A stretch of DNA of 23,977 bases, taken from positions 1 through 23,977 of the forward strand of contig JACAFS010000012.1 in NCBI GenBank assembly GCA_013378385.1, read 5' to 3'. Shown here piece after piece: positions 15,169 through 23,763 of this stretch. The position numbers and the translations under genes were made by a program. The first letter of the stretch is position 1. Each line of letters starts with the position of its first letter. The DNA comes from Nitrososphaerota archaeon. Lineage in GTDB: Archaea > Thermoproteota > Nitrososphaeria > Nitrososphaerales > UBA57. Below the pieces are notes generated by a model. That model searched no databases. It was not told the DNA's origin and worked only from the letters and a program-made list of their open reading frames with translations.

Positions 15169-17064
15169 CTAATTATCTAGTATTTCTGACCCTCCAGGCG
15201 GTAGCACTCGTAAATATTCATCAATTGATTTTCCTTTGTATATTTCGGATATATCATTATTTAATTTTGAAATAAGTTTGTTCTTAATCAATTTTGCAAT
15301 ATCTGAAGATTTTCCTTTACCTGGTTGTATTCTTACCCATGCTAAAGATTCTCTCGTTAATGCTTCTACAGGACCACTCATTATTGTATATTTGTCTTGA
15401 TATTTTACTGCTCCTACTGCAAGTTCCAGTTTTACATTTTTCAATATATTCTTTTTACCTTCAATCATAAAACTTCCTTTTGACATGGACATACCACTTG
15501 GTGCGCCTTTCTTTACTTGTTCATATTTTACATAATATACATTTACCGAAGTCTGTGTTTTCCATGCTCTGCTAAATGAAGCAGTAGCTGTTGCAATTTC
15601 AGCAATTGAACTTTCACTTATTCCATCTTTTATTATAAAAAACGGAGACCCCACTATGTCTGAATGAAAAACTAAATCATTTTGTTTTGCATATTTCTTT
15701 ATTATATTCACATTTGATTGTGCATCTCTTCCACCTATTACTAATATTTCCTCTGGCAATATGAACCATCTAAATTTCTCAAACCATAACATCTCTTCTT
15801 TTACTTTTATTGTGGACTTCATCTCTTCACGTTCATTCATCTTGTTTCTAATCTTTTCTAAATCTCCTTTTAGTTTATTTGACGCAATCTCAATTGCTTT
15901 TATCTTCTTTTCCATCTTTTTCGCATAATCAAAACATAAAGATGATAATTTTATAGGTGCAATATTCTCTTCTAACTCTTTTTCCGAATCAATGAATGGA
16001 ATTTTAATAACATTCTTTCTATATTTTATTATTTCGATGTTTTTCCCTTTAAATATCTCTATATAGCTGTTTGCTTTACTCAATTCTGTTGCTATATTTC
16101 TTAATTCTATAGCTTTATTCTTATTCTTGTTATAGGCTTCCTCTTGCAATTTAATTGATTTCTCTAACTCGGTTATTTTATTTTTTAATGGTTCCTGTTT
16201 GTTGGTAGTTTGAACTCTTGACAAATTCAATGTAATATAATTATCTAGTTCACTCATTAGCGATTCTGATTTATGATATGTCTTTTCTTTACTAATATCC
16301 AAATTCATCAAAGAAATATCATCAATCATTTCTCCATCTCTTGCAATCCATACACTCATATCATCAGATTTAATTATTTTAACTAATCCGATTATCTCTG
16401 TTTCTAGATTCTCTATTTCTTCGTCTGATAAAGTATTACACTTTCTCTCTTTTTCTATTTCTATTTTTTTAAGTATTTCTTCAATATATTTTTTTGATAT
16501 TGAATAATTTCTTCCAATCCATTTTGCTATTTCTAACTCTGTTTCATTGATATTTTTTAAATCATTTTTTTGAAAGTTCTCTATACTGGTTGCTTTTAAT
16601 GGCGGAAATTCATACACGCTGCCAGGAAATATTTCTCTATGCCGCACTTTTAATTTCTTTAAACATGATAAAATCTTATTATTTTCATCTACAACTATGA
16701 TGTTTCCTCCTCTAAAAAATTCACAAATTATCTTTCTCAGTCCTTTTTTAGTTTCAAAGTGAATGATGCATATTCTTTCTCCTGGAGGTTGTTCAAACTT
16801 GATTAATTTTGCTCTTAGCAAATTCTTTCTTAATGCGGTCACATAGCCAATAGATTCATCTTTATCTATGTCGTATTTTGAAGCCCATATTCCAATTTTT
16901 GGATTTACCATTACGTATTTCTTTGGTTTACCTACTTGATGCAACTTGAATAAATACGAATCATTCATCACTTGGTAAACATTATTCAAATAAATGCTGT
17001 CTGATTCTATTTCTTTATTCAACGCTGAAATTATCTTGAATATTTCAATAGACGATAATTCCAT
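15169..17064 (-). CDS. NFACT-family protein (FbpA N-terminal domain plus DUF814; Rqc2/RqcH homolog)
   Basis: About 631 aa with a long K/E-rich coiled-coil middle. The C-terminal GGRDAQSNVNIIKKYAKQNDLVFHSDIVGSPFFIIK matches the DUF814/NFACT-R signature. The ATG at 17064 is preferred over the upstream TTG at 17076. Confidence 0.8.
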   Translation of the reverse strand: MELSSIEIFKIISALNKEIESDSIYLNNVYQVMNDSYLFKLHQVGKPKKYVMVNPKIGIWASKYDIDKDESIGYVTALRKNLLRAKLIKFEQPPGERICIIHFETKKGLRKIICEFFRGGNIIVVDENNKILSCLKKLKVRHREIFPGSVYEFPPLKATSIENFQKNDLKNINETELEIAKWIGRNYSISKKYIEEILKKIEIEKERKCNTLSDEEIENLETEIIGLVKIIKSDDMSVWIARDGEMIDDISLMNLDISKEKTYHKSESLMSELDNYITLNLSRVQTTNKQEPLKNKITELEKSIKLQEEAYNKNKNKAIELRNIATELSKANSYIEIFKGKNIEIIKYRKNVIKIPFIDSEKELEENIAPIKLSSLCFDYAKKMEKKIKAIEIASNKLKGDLEKIRNKMNEREEMKSTIKVKEEMLWFEKFRWFILPEEILVIGGRDAQSNVNIIKKYAKQNDLVFHSDIVGSPFFIIKDGISESSIAEIATATASFSRAWKTQTSVNVYYVKYEQVKKGAPSGMSMSKGSFMIEGKKNILKNVKLELAVGAVKYQDKYTIMSGPVEALTRESLAWVRIQPGKGKSSDIAKLIKNKLISKLNNDISEIYKGKSIDEYLRVLPPGGSEILDN

Positions 17065-17133
17065 TTTAAATCCCAAATAACATTATTCATATAGTTTTAT
17101 ATCTTCTTGTATTTTTATATTAAATTGTTAATC

Positions 17134-17424
17134 ATGGCCGACTCTAAATTTATATTCAATACCATTTTTTGGCTAAGAGCCGCTTTCGGCATAATCTCTG
17201 GTTTCTCTGCTGGTTTACTAGGTTTCACATCTAATAATCCCAATGCTAATTTAGGCATATTATTTGGAATATCAATGTATCTTTTTACTTTGGCACTTGT
17301 ACGTCAGATGTTTTATTCGAAGATTAAAGAAGACGAACGTCGTAAGCTATTATATACTGGTGTGGGAAGCTTCATTGGCTTGTTCCTTTTCAGCTGGATC
17401 TTCTACAATACCTTCTTTATCTAA
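17134..17424 (+). CDS. Small two-to-three-TM membrane protein (possibly EMC6/Rab5ip-like)
   Basis: 96 aa from the ATG at 17134; the track's TTG at 17107 adds only a hydrophobic leader. The Gly/small-residue-rich TM pair (AAFGIISGFSAGLLGF ... GILFGISMYLFTLALV) is reminiscent of EMC6-type proteins. This call is weak. Confidence 0.45.
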   Translation: MADSKFIFNTIFWLRAAFGIISGFSAGLLGFTSNNPNANLGILFGISMYLFTLALVRQMFYSKIKEDERRKLLYTGVGSFIGLFLFSWIFYNTFFI

Positions 17425-17730
17425 TTTTTCTATTGCATTTTTTGTAAATACTTTCCATACTGAAAAATAGCCTTTCTCAAAATCATCAATCCAAACCGAA
17501 GATAACTTAGAATTAATACTTTTTTTCATCATCTTAAAATCGTCTATTGAATCATTCATATTCACATTCTTGGGTGAATATTTTGCTATGATTCCTTCAA
17601 GAGCAAAAACTGATCCAATAATCTTATTATTCGAAGAATTTTTCAAATGTTCAGCTATTATTGCTTTTGCCTTAGTAAAATCCTTTGCAATTATTTTCTC
17701 TACACATTCATTAATCGCTTCTTTTGCCAT
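17350..17730 (-). CDS. Hypothetical helical protein, translationally coupled to the RadA paralog
   Basis: 126 aa. Its ATG overlaps the upstream stop by 1 nt. I recognise no motif. Its last 25 codons overlap the convergent membrane-protein gene. Confidence 0.4.
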   Translation of the reverse strand: MAKEAINECVEKIIAKDFTKAKAIIAEHLKNSSNNKIIGSVFALEGIIAKYSPKNVNMNDSIDDFKMMKKSINSKLSSVWIDDFEKGYFSVWKVFTKNAIEKLDKEGIVEDPAEKEQANEASHTSI

Positions 17731-18521
17731 TACACTCTACCTATTCCATCTTCAGAAATATTAAAAATACATTGGTTTCCATCGTTATTTCTTGCTAACC
17801 ATAAGTTATCCATTCTTTTTAAACTCACTTTTAGATGTATTAATCTATTTATTAAGAAATCATATGTTTCTCTTTCTTTCATATTTGAATCATCTATTCT
17901 TGCCCGTACTGTGTTTGTTGTTATTATTGCAATATTCTTATTCCATGCTAAATCAGACAATTCTCTTACATATTCTATTAATATGTCCATCATTTCGTTC
18001 CTTAATTCAAATTGATGTTCAGTAAAATTTCTTGTTATGTCATCTATCATTACACATGTAATATTATTATTTTTAATAAACTGTTCAATCTTTGAAATTG
18101 TTTCTAATTGACTATCTAAAGAATTACATCTACTTGTATAGATGTTGTCTAAGATATTTTTTGATTCCTGTTTCTTTGCTTTGCTTAATTGAACAATTCT
18201 CTCAGGACGGAAGTTTCCTGACGAGTCAATGAAAAGAATTTTTTGGTTCTTAATTGATGTATTTACCGCAATTTGGAATAAAATTTGTGATTTCCCTGAC
18301 GAATTTGGCCCAAATAAATCTGTAATTGTTCCAGTTGGAAAACCATATGTGACTAAATCAAGTTCCCCTACACCAGTTTCATGTTTTGTTATTTTTCTAT
18401 TCTCTTCTTCCTCTAATAAATCGAATCCGCTAAATTTCCTTTCCATATAATTCTTATTTGTTCCTGTTATGAAATTATCAAATCTACTGAATTCATCTAT
18501 ATTGGTAAAATTGCCATCCAT
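17730..18521 (-). CDS. RecA-superfamily ATPase, RadA/Rad51 paralog (RadB-like)
   Basis: 263 aa with Walker A GPNSSGKSQ, the Rad51-family ILFIDSSGNFRPERIVQL motif and a Walker B-like VMIDDI. Confidence 0.7.
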   Translation of the reverse strand: MDGNFTNIDEFSRFDNFITGTNKNYMERKFSGFDLLEEEENRKITKHETGVGELDLVTYGFPTGTITDLFGPNSSGKSQILFQIAVNTSIKNQKILFIDSSGNFRPERIVQLSKAKKQESKNILDNIYTSRCNSLDSQLETISKIEQFIKNNNITCVMIDDITRNFTEHQFELRNEMMDILIEYVRELSDLAWNKNIAIITTNTVRARIDDSNMKERETYDFLINRLIHLKVSLKRMDNLWLARNNDGNQCIFNISEDGIGRV

Positions 18522-18595
18522 TCGAATCTTCCTTAAATATACCTTCTTTATACAATACCAAGCTTTTTATTTTTGTTTACGTCTTTTTTCCTTAG

Positions 18596-18865
18596 ATGAG
18601 TAACAACTTTAATGACAACTCTGATTTGAAGATCACAAAACCTCTCAATAAGTTACAAAGGTCTGTTAACAAGAACGTTATGGTCCGACTGAAAAATGAC
18701 GTTGAATATCGAGGAAAAATGACAAATGTAGACGCTTACATGAATGTTATTCTTAACGACGCAGAAGAATATGCAGATGGAGCATTGTCTGCAAATTATG
18801 GCAAAGTTGTTATCCGTGGAAATAATGTTTTATTTATTAATATTAAACCTGATATCCTGATGTGA
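18596..18865 (+). CDS. Archaeal Sm-like (LSm) protein
   Basis: 89 aa with Sm1 (VMVRLKNDVEYRGKMTNVDAYMNVILNDAEE) and Sm2 (KVVIRGNNVLFI) motifs. Confidence 0.85.
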   Translation: MSNNFNDNSDLKITKPLNKLQRSVNKNVMVRLKNDVEYRGKMTNVDAYMNVILNDAEEYADGALSANYGKVVIRGNNVLFINIKPDILM

Positions 18866-18953
18866 CATTTATTGACTTCTGTCTGCAATTCCTTGTATTC
18901 AATATCAATCCTTTTTAATACATGGATTGTTGATAAACTTCGGTAATTTCAAA

Positions 18954-20048
18954 ATGAATAATAACTTTACTTTTACTTCTGAATCAGTGTCTTCTGGACA
19001 TCCAGATAAAGTTGCTGATCAAATCAGTGACGCACTAGTTGACGCTGCTCTTTCTGCCGGTGATGAAACTACTCGATGTGGTATTGAAACTGCTAATACT
19101 ACTAATTATGTATTAGTGTTTGGAGAGACTAAAAATTTTCTCCCTACTTCTGAAGAAGTTGAATCTATTATTCGTAATAAAGTTCGCGAAATTGGCTATG
19201 AGCAAGATGGCTTTCACTGGAAACATCTGAACATTGATAACCGTTTACACAATCAATCTGCTGATATCGCATTAGGCACAGATGACTTTGGCGCAGGTGA
19301 TCAAGGTTTAATGTTTGGTTATGCATGTAAAGAAACTCCGTCTCTTCTTCCTGCACCTATACATTATTCACATGAAATTTTGAAACATTTACGATCTATT
19401 CGAGATAAAAATCTTGATATATTGGGTCCTGATTCAAAAAGCCAAGTGAGCATAGTTTATGAAAATAATATTCCTAAATTCATTGACAAGGTAGTAGTCT
19501 CAACTCAACATTCTGCTAATGAAAATAATTCTGCTAGAGAACTAGCTGAAACTGCAATTCATGAAGCTTGTGGGGAACTTATTGATAATAATACTGAATT
19601 TTTCATTAATCCAACAGGAAACTTTGTTATAGGTGGACCTGAAGGAGATTCTGGAATGACTGGACGAAAAATTATTGTAGATACATATGGAGGATATGCC
19701 CCGCATGGCGGTGGTGCATTTTCAGGTAAAGACCCTAGCAAGGTTGATCGATCCGCTGCGTATATGGCTCGGTGGCTTGCAAAGAATGTCGTTCTTAACA
19801 AGCTTGCAGATTGGTGCAGCGTCCAATTAAGTTATGCAATTGGTGTTAAAGAGCCCACTTCTCTCTATGTTGATTCTAATGGAGATAATCAATCGATTGC
19901 CTCTTTAATCCGTGATTCACAAGATCTTACACCTCTTGGCATAATTCGAAAATTTGATCTTTTCAACTTTACTGAATATTCAAAAAATTGTATATATGGA
20001 CATTTTGGAGATAAGAATGTACCATGGGAAAAAACTGAAAAATTCTAA
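18954..20048 (+). CDS. metK: S-adenosylmethionine synthetase, bacterial/eukaryotic-type MetK
   Basis: FTSESVSSGHPDKVADQISDA, GAGDQGLMFGYA, DSKSQV, GGGAFSGKDPSKVDRSAAYMAR. The ATG at 18954 is preferred over the track's TTG at 18927. Confidence 0.9.
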   Translation: MNNNFTFTSESVSSGHPDKVADQISDALVDAALSAGDETTRCGIETANTTNYVLVFGETKNFLPTSEEVESIIRNKVREIGYEQDGFHWKHLNIDNRLHNQSADIALGTDDFGAGDQGLMFGYACKETPSLLPAPIHYSHEILKHLRSIRDKNLDILGPDSKSQVSIVYENNIPKFIDKVVVSTQHSANENNSARELAETAIHEACGELIDNNTEFFINPTGNFVIGGPEGDSGMTGRKIIVDTYGGYAPHGGGAFSGKDPSKVDRSAAYMARWLAKNVVLNKLADWCSVQLSYAIGVKEPTSLYVDSNGDNQSIASLIRDSQDLTPLGIIRKFDLFNFTEYSKNCIYGHFGDKNVPWEKTEKF

Positions 20049-20151
20049 CCTTATTGATACTTAAATTAATACACTCGTGATTTAGTTAGTCATTTACTTC
20101 TTGAATAAAAAAAACTTTTTACTTATCTATATATAATAAATATTGAATAAC

Positions 20152-21105
20152 ATGATTTCATTAGTCGGACATCAAAATCCCTTACTCTCCAGACAAATCT
20201 CTGGCAATATTGATTCTAAAACAGGTACTATATTACTAAAACGAGGTTTCGCTCATATGCTTAAACATGGAGTTATTATGGATGTTACTGACGTTAATCA
20301 AGCTCAAATTGCAGAAGAGGCTGGCGCTGTAGCAGTTATGGTCCTTGATAAATTGCCTATTGAAGTAAGACAATCGGGTGGAGTTGCTCGTACTGCTGGC
20401 ATGAAGATAATCAAAGATGTTGTTAATAATGTATCTATTCCTGTAATGGCAAAATGTCGGATTGGTCATATTTCTGAAGCAGTGGTATTAGAAAATTCAG
20501 GCGTTGATATGATTGATGAATCTGAAGTTTTAACTCCTGCCGACGAATCTTCTCATATATGGAAATGGGATTTCACTACTCCGTTTGTTGATGGAGCTAA
20601 GAATCTTGGTCAGGCACTGCGTAGAATTGAAGAAGGTGCTTCCATGATGCGTACTAAAGGAGAACCTGGTACTGGAAATGTAGTTGAAGCTGTTAGACAC
20701 ATGCGTGCTATGAATCAAGATATTGCAAAGATAACTTATTTCTACAATCAACAAGATAAACAAGAGCTATTCCGTATCTCTAAAGAACTCAATACATCCT
20801 ATGAGTTGGTTGTTGAAACAGGTCGTCTTGGTCGATTACCCGTTGTTAATTTTGCCGCAGGTGGAATAACAACTCCTGCCGACGCAGCTCTTATGATGAA
20901 ACTTGGTTGTGATGGAGTCTTTGTTGGTTCAGGAATATACAAATCTTCAGATCCTTTAGAAAGAGCTTTAGCTATTGTATTAGCAACTACTTTTCATGAT
21001 AAAGTTGAAGTTGTAGCAGAAGCACAAGAAATGATTGATGAAAAAAAATCTATGGTTGGCCTTGGCGACAATTTAGATTTTAAAATGCAAGATCGTGGTA
21101 TATAA
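20152..21105 (+). CDS. pdxS: Pyridoxal 5'-phosphate synthase, synthase subunit PdxS
   Basis: [93 protein letters not shown]. Start is the ATG at 20152 or the TTG at 20143. Confidence 0.9.
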   Translation: MISLVGHQNPLLSRQISGNIDSKTGTILLKRGFAHMLKHGVIMDVTDVNQAQIAEEAGAVAVMVLDKLPIEVRQSGGVARTAGMKIIKDVVNNVSIPVMAKCRIGHISEAVVLENSGVDMIDESEVLTPADESSHIWKWDFTTPFVDGAKNLGQALRRIEEGASMMRTKGEPGTGNVVEAVRHMRAMNQDIAKITYFYNQQDKQELFRISKELNTSYELVVETGRLGRLPVVNFAAGGITTPADAALMMKLGCDGVFVGSGIYKSSDPLERALAIVLATTFHDKVEVVAEAQEMIDEKKSMVGLGDNLDFKMQDRGI

Positions 21106-21719
21106 TGAAAAAAGTCAATATCGGTATTCTTGGTATACAGGGAGATGTTGAAGAACACGTTGCATCTGTTGAATCTGCATTTCGTGAAATTACTATGGAT
21201 GGTGTTGTAAGCATAGTCAAATACCCCGAAGAAATTGATTCCATAAATGGATTAATAATTCCTGGCGGGGAAAGTACTTCTATTGGTAAATTATCTAACA
21301 ATGATGATTTTCAATCTTCTATTAAGAAAAAGATAACTCAAGGTATGCCTGTTTTAGGTACTTGTGCAGGATTGATTTTCTTATCTAATCATATTATTCA
21401 AAATTCTTCTAATACTTCACAAAAACTATTAGGATCTCTAGATATCGAGACTGAACGTAATGCATTTGGAAGACAACACGAATCGTTCCAATCTGAGTTT
21501 CCAATTCCAAAATTTGGAATCGATAAATTTATGGGCATATTCATTCGCGCACCCCGAATACGTAGTATTGGATCTAATGTCGAAATTCTTGCTAAATTAA
21601 ACGATGACATAGTTGCTGTAAAACAGGGTAATATAATCGGAACTTGTTTTCATCCAGAACTTTCCAACACTGTCATATTCCATAAATACTTGATTGAATT
21701 GGTTCGAGAATCACTTTGA
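21105..21719 (+). CDS. pdxT: Pyridoxal 5'-phosphate synthase, glutaminase subunit PdxT
   Basis: IGILGIQGDVEEH, IIPGGESTS, GTCAGLIFLS (catalytic Cys), ERNAFGRQ, FHPEL. TAATG overlap with pdxS. Confidence 0.9.
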   Translation: MKKVNIGILGIQGDVEEHVASVESAFREITMDGVVSIVKYPEEIDSINGLIIPGGESTSIGKLSNNDDFQSSIKKKITQGMPVLGTCAGLIFLSNHIIQNSSNTSQKLLGSLDIETERNAFGRQHESFQSEFPIPKFGIDKFMGIFIRAPRIRSIGSNVEILAKLNDDIVAVKQGNIIGTCFHPELSNTVIFHKYLIELVRESL

Positions 21720-22021
21720 GAATATCTGATCTTCAGAACGAACAAAAAAATGTAAGCATTGGAGGAGTCGTAACTTATATTGGTCAATCTCGCGATGTTT
21801 CATTAAAATCCGGTAATGTTGAAAAAATCACAACAATAACAATTCAAGATGATTCCGGTTCAATTCCCGTGAATATTTGGGGATCAATAATTGAAAAAAT
21901 CAAAATAAATTCTGAAATACGAGTTGAAAAAGGACACGTTAATGAATTTAGAAATCAATTACAATTTAATTTAGGTTACTATGGTAAATTGTTTATCTTA
22001 CTTGATTCCGAAAATAAATAA
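21716..22021 (+). CDS. Small single-OB-fold nucleic-acid-binding protein
   Basis: 101 aa. ISDLQNEQKNVSIGGVVTYIGQSRDV ... ITIQDDSGSIPVNIWG ... VEKGHVNEFRNQLQFN fits the archaeal tRNA/helicase-type OB-fold pattern. The protein has no Met at all, so the TTG at 21716 (TTGA overlap with the pdxT stop) is the likely start. Confidence 0.6.
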   Translation: MRISDLQNEQKNVSIGGVVTYIGQSRDVSLKSGNVEKITTITIQDDSGSIPVNIWGSIIEKIKINSEIRVEKGHVNEFRNQLQFNLGYYGKLFILLDSENK

Positions 22022-23668
22022 TCACTTTTTATTTGAACTTCTATTTTCAATTATTGCTTTAATAAAATTATTATAAATTGGCTCTGGTTTACCGGGCTTA
22101 CTCAAAAATTCTGGATGATATTGAGTTGCCATATAAAATCGATGATTAGGAATCTCTAATATTTCGGTTCGTCTTCCATTATCACTAAAACCTGATAATA
22201 CTATTTTGTTCTTCTCCAATAATTCTTGATATTCTTGATTAAATTCAAATCTGTGTCTGTGACGCTGTCTTATTTTATCTTTTCCATAAATTGCATGAGC
22301 AAGAGTATTTTTAACTAGCTCTACATCATGTCCTCCTAACCTCATACTTCCACCTTTTTCTTTAATCTTTTTTTGAGATGGCAATATATTGATAATTGGA
22401 TTCTTTGTTTTTGGATCTAGTTCTATAGAATTTGCATCGTCTAATCCACATGCATATCTTGCAAATGCAATTAATGCTAATTGAAAACCAAAACATAATC
22501 CTAAAAATGGAATTTCATTCTTTCTTGCATAATCTGCCGCTAACATTATTCCCTCAGTCCCTCTTTTCCCAAATCCTCCAGGTACAATAATTCCGTCATA
22601 TTTGTCTAATTTCTCTAAATTATTCTTATTTTTCTCAAAATCTTCACTTTCAACCCACTCTAAATTTGCAGTAAAATTCATTCCTGCCGCCGCATGTGAC
22701 AATGCTTCATTTACACTTACATAACTATCGGTTAGAGATACATATTTTCCAACCATTGCAATATTGATAGATTTTTTATTCTTATTGAATGTCTTTGAAA
22801 CGTCCTTCCAATCTCTCCAATTCATCTCTCTTGACGGTAATTTTAGTTTATCAATAATTGATGTTATTATTCCATCATTGTACAAATTTTCGGGAACATT
22901 ATAAATTGAATCTGCATCAGGATTTGAAATTATGCTTTCCAATTCTACACTTGTAAATAATGAAATCTTCTTTTTAGAAGTCTGTGATAACTGTTTCTCA
23001 CTTCTTACCACAATTATATCTGGTTGTATGCCTATCCTTCTTAATTCTTGCACACTGTGCTGCGTTGGTTTTGTCTTTTCTTCTCCAACCGGTCCCATTA
23101 TTGGGGCTAGTGTTACGTGTATAAACAATGAATTCTCTTGACCAAGTTCTAATCTTAACTGTCTTATTGCTTCAATGAATGGCAGACTCTCTATATCTCC
23201 TACAGTTCCACCACATTCCACTAATACGATTCCATTATTCTGAAATTTTGCTACATATTTTATTTTTTCTTTTATTGAATTTGTAATATTAGGAATAATT
23301 TGTACACATTCACCCAGAAAATCACCTTTTCGTTCTGATTCTATTACATCCAAGTAAACCTGGCCTGTAGTTAGATTATGCATTTTTGATAATTCTTTAT
23401 TCAAAAATCTTTCATAATTTCCTATATCCATGTCAGTTTCTCCTCCGTCATCGGTTACAAATACCTCTCCATGAGCGAACGGATTCATAGTCCCTGCATC
23501 GACATTTAGATAAGGATCTATTTTCACACAAGTAGTTGGTAATCCATATAAATCCAGTAATTTGGCAATAGAAGCTGTTACTATTCCTTTTCCTATTCCG
23601 GAAAGCACCCCGCCTGTAACAAATATAAATTTATTTTTCTGACCTGAATCTTGCTTTACTGCCTGCAT
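22022..23668 (-). CDS. pyrG: CTP synthase
   Basis: 548 aa with KFIFVTGGVLSGIGKGI, DPYLNVDAGTMNPFAHGEVFVTDDG, GGTVGDIESLPF and the GATase domain GLCFGFQ, and YHPEF. Confidence 0.95.
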   Translation of the reverse strand: MQAVKQDSGQKNKFIFVTGGVLSGIGKGIVTASIAKLLDLYGLPTTCVKIDPYLNVDAGTMNPFAHGEVFVTDDGGETDMDIGNYERFLNKELSKMHNLTTGQVYLDVIESERKGDFLGECVQIIPNITNSIKEKIKYVAKFQNNGIVLVECGGTVGDIESLPFIEAIRQLRLELGQENSLFIHVTLAPIMGPVGEEKTKPTQHSVQELRRIGIQPDIIVVRSEKQLSQTSKKKISLFTSVELESIISNPDADSIYNVPENLYNDGIITSIIDKLKLPSREMNWRDWKDVSKTFNKNKKSINIAMVGKYVSLTDSYVSVNEALSHAAAGMNFTANLEWVESEDFEKNKNNLEKLDKYDGIIVPGGFGKRGTEGIMLAADYARKNEIPFLGLCFGFQLALIAFARYACGLDDANSIELDPKTKNPIINILPSQKKIKEKGGSMRLGGHDVELVKNTLAHAIYGKDKIRQRHRHRFEFNQEYQELLEKNKIVLSGFSDNGRRTEILEIPNHRFYMATQYHPEFLSKPGKPEPIYNNFIKAIIENRSSNKK

Positions 23669-23763
23669 ATAAGAAAGTAACTATTATTAGTTTTAACATT
23701 TTCGAAAATACAGCTACTCTTGATTAATTTTAATTAATATTATGTGTATATTATTAGTATATT

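Noticed and set aside
17107-17133. TTG-initiated 9-codon N-terminal extension of the small membrane protein, as in the ORF track
   Set aside because: An ATG at 17134 follows directly and gives a sensible N-terminus (MADSKF...). The extension (MYFYIKLLI) lies in what looks like the AT-rich promoter shared with the divergent NFACT gene.
17647-18450. Plus-strand ORFs 17570-17764, 17647-18015, 17792-18025 and 18229-18450 opposite the RadA paralog and its partner
   Set aside because: They are antisense shadow ORFs with hydrophobic, low-complexity translations, while the minus-strand gene carries Walker A and Rad51 motifs.
18866-18953. Riboswitch or leader RNA upstream of metK (SAM-sensing)
   Set aside because: The 88-nt spacer is AT-rich and I could find no convincing paired stems by eye. 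SAM riboswitches are a bacterial feature. It is more simply a promoter region.
20049-20151. tRNA or small ncRNA in the ~100-nt metK-pdxS spacer, and likewise in 23669-23763
   Set aside because: The spacers are too AT-rich and show no cloverleaf-compatible stems or conserved GTTC/T-loop-like boxes. The content (a T5 run at 20116-20120, then TATATATAATAAATA) fits a terminator followed by a promoter.
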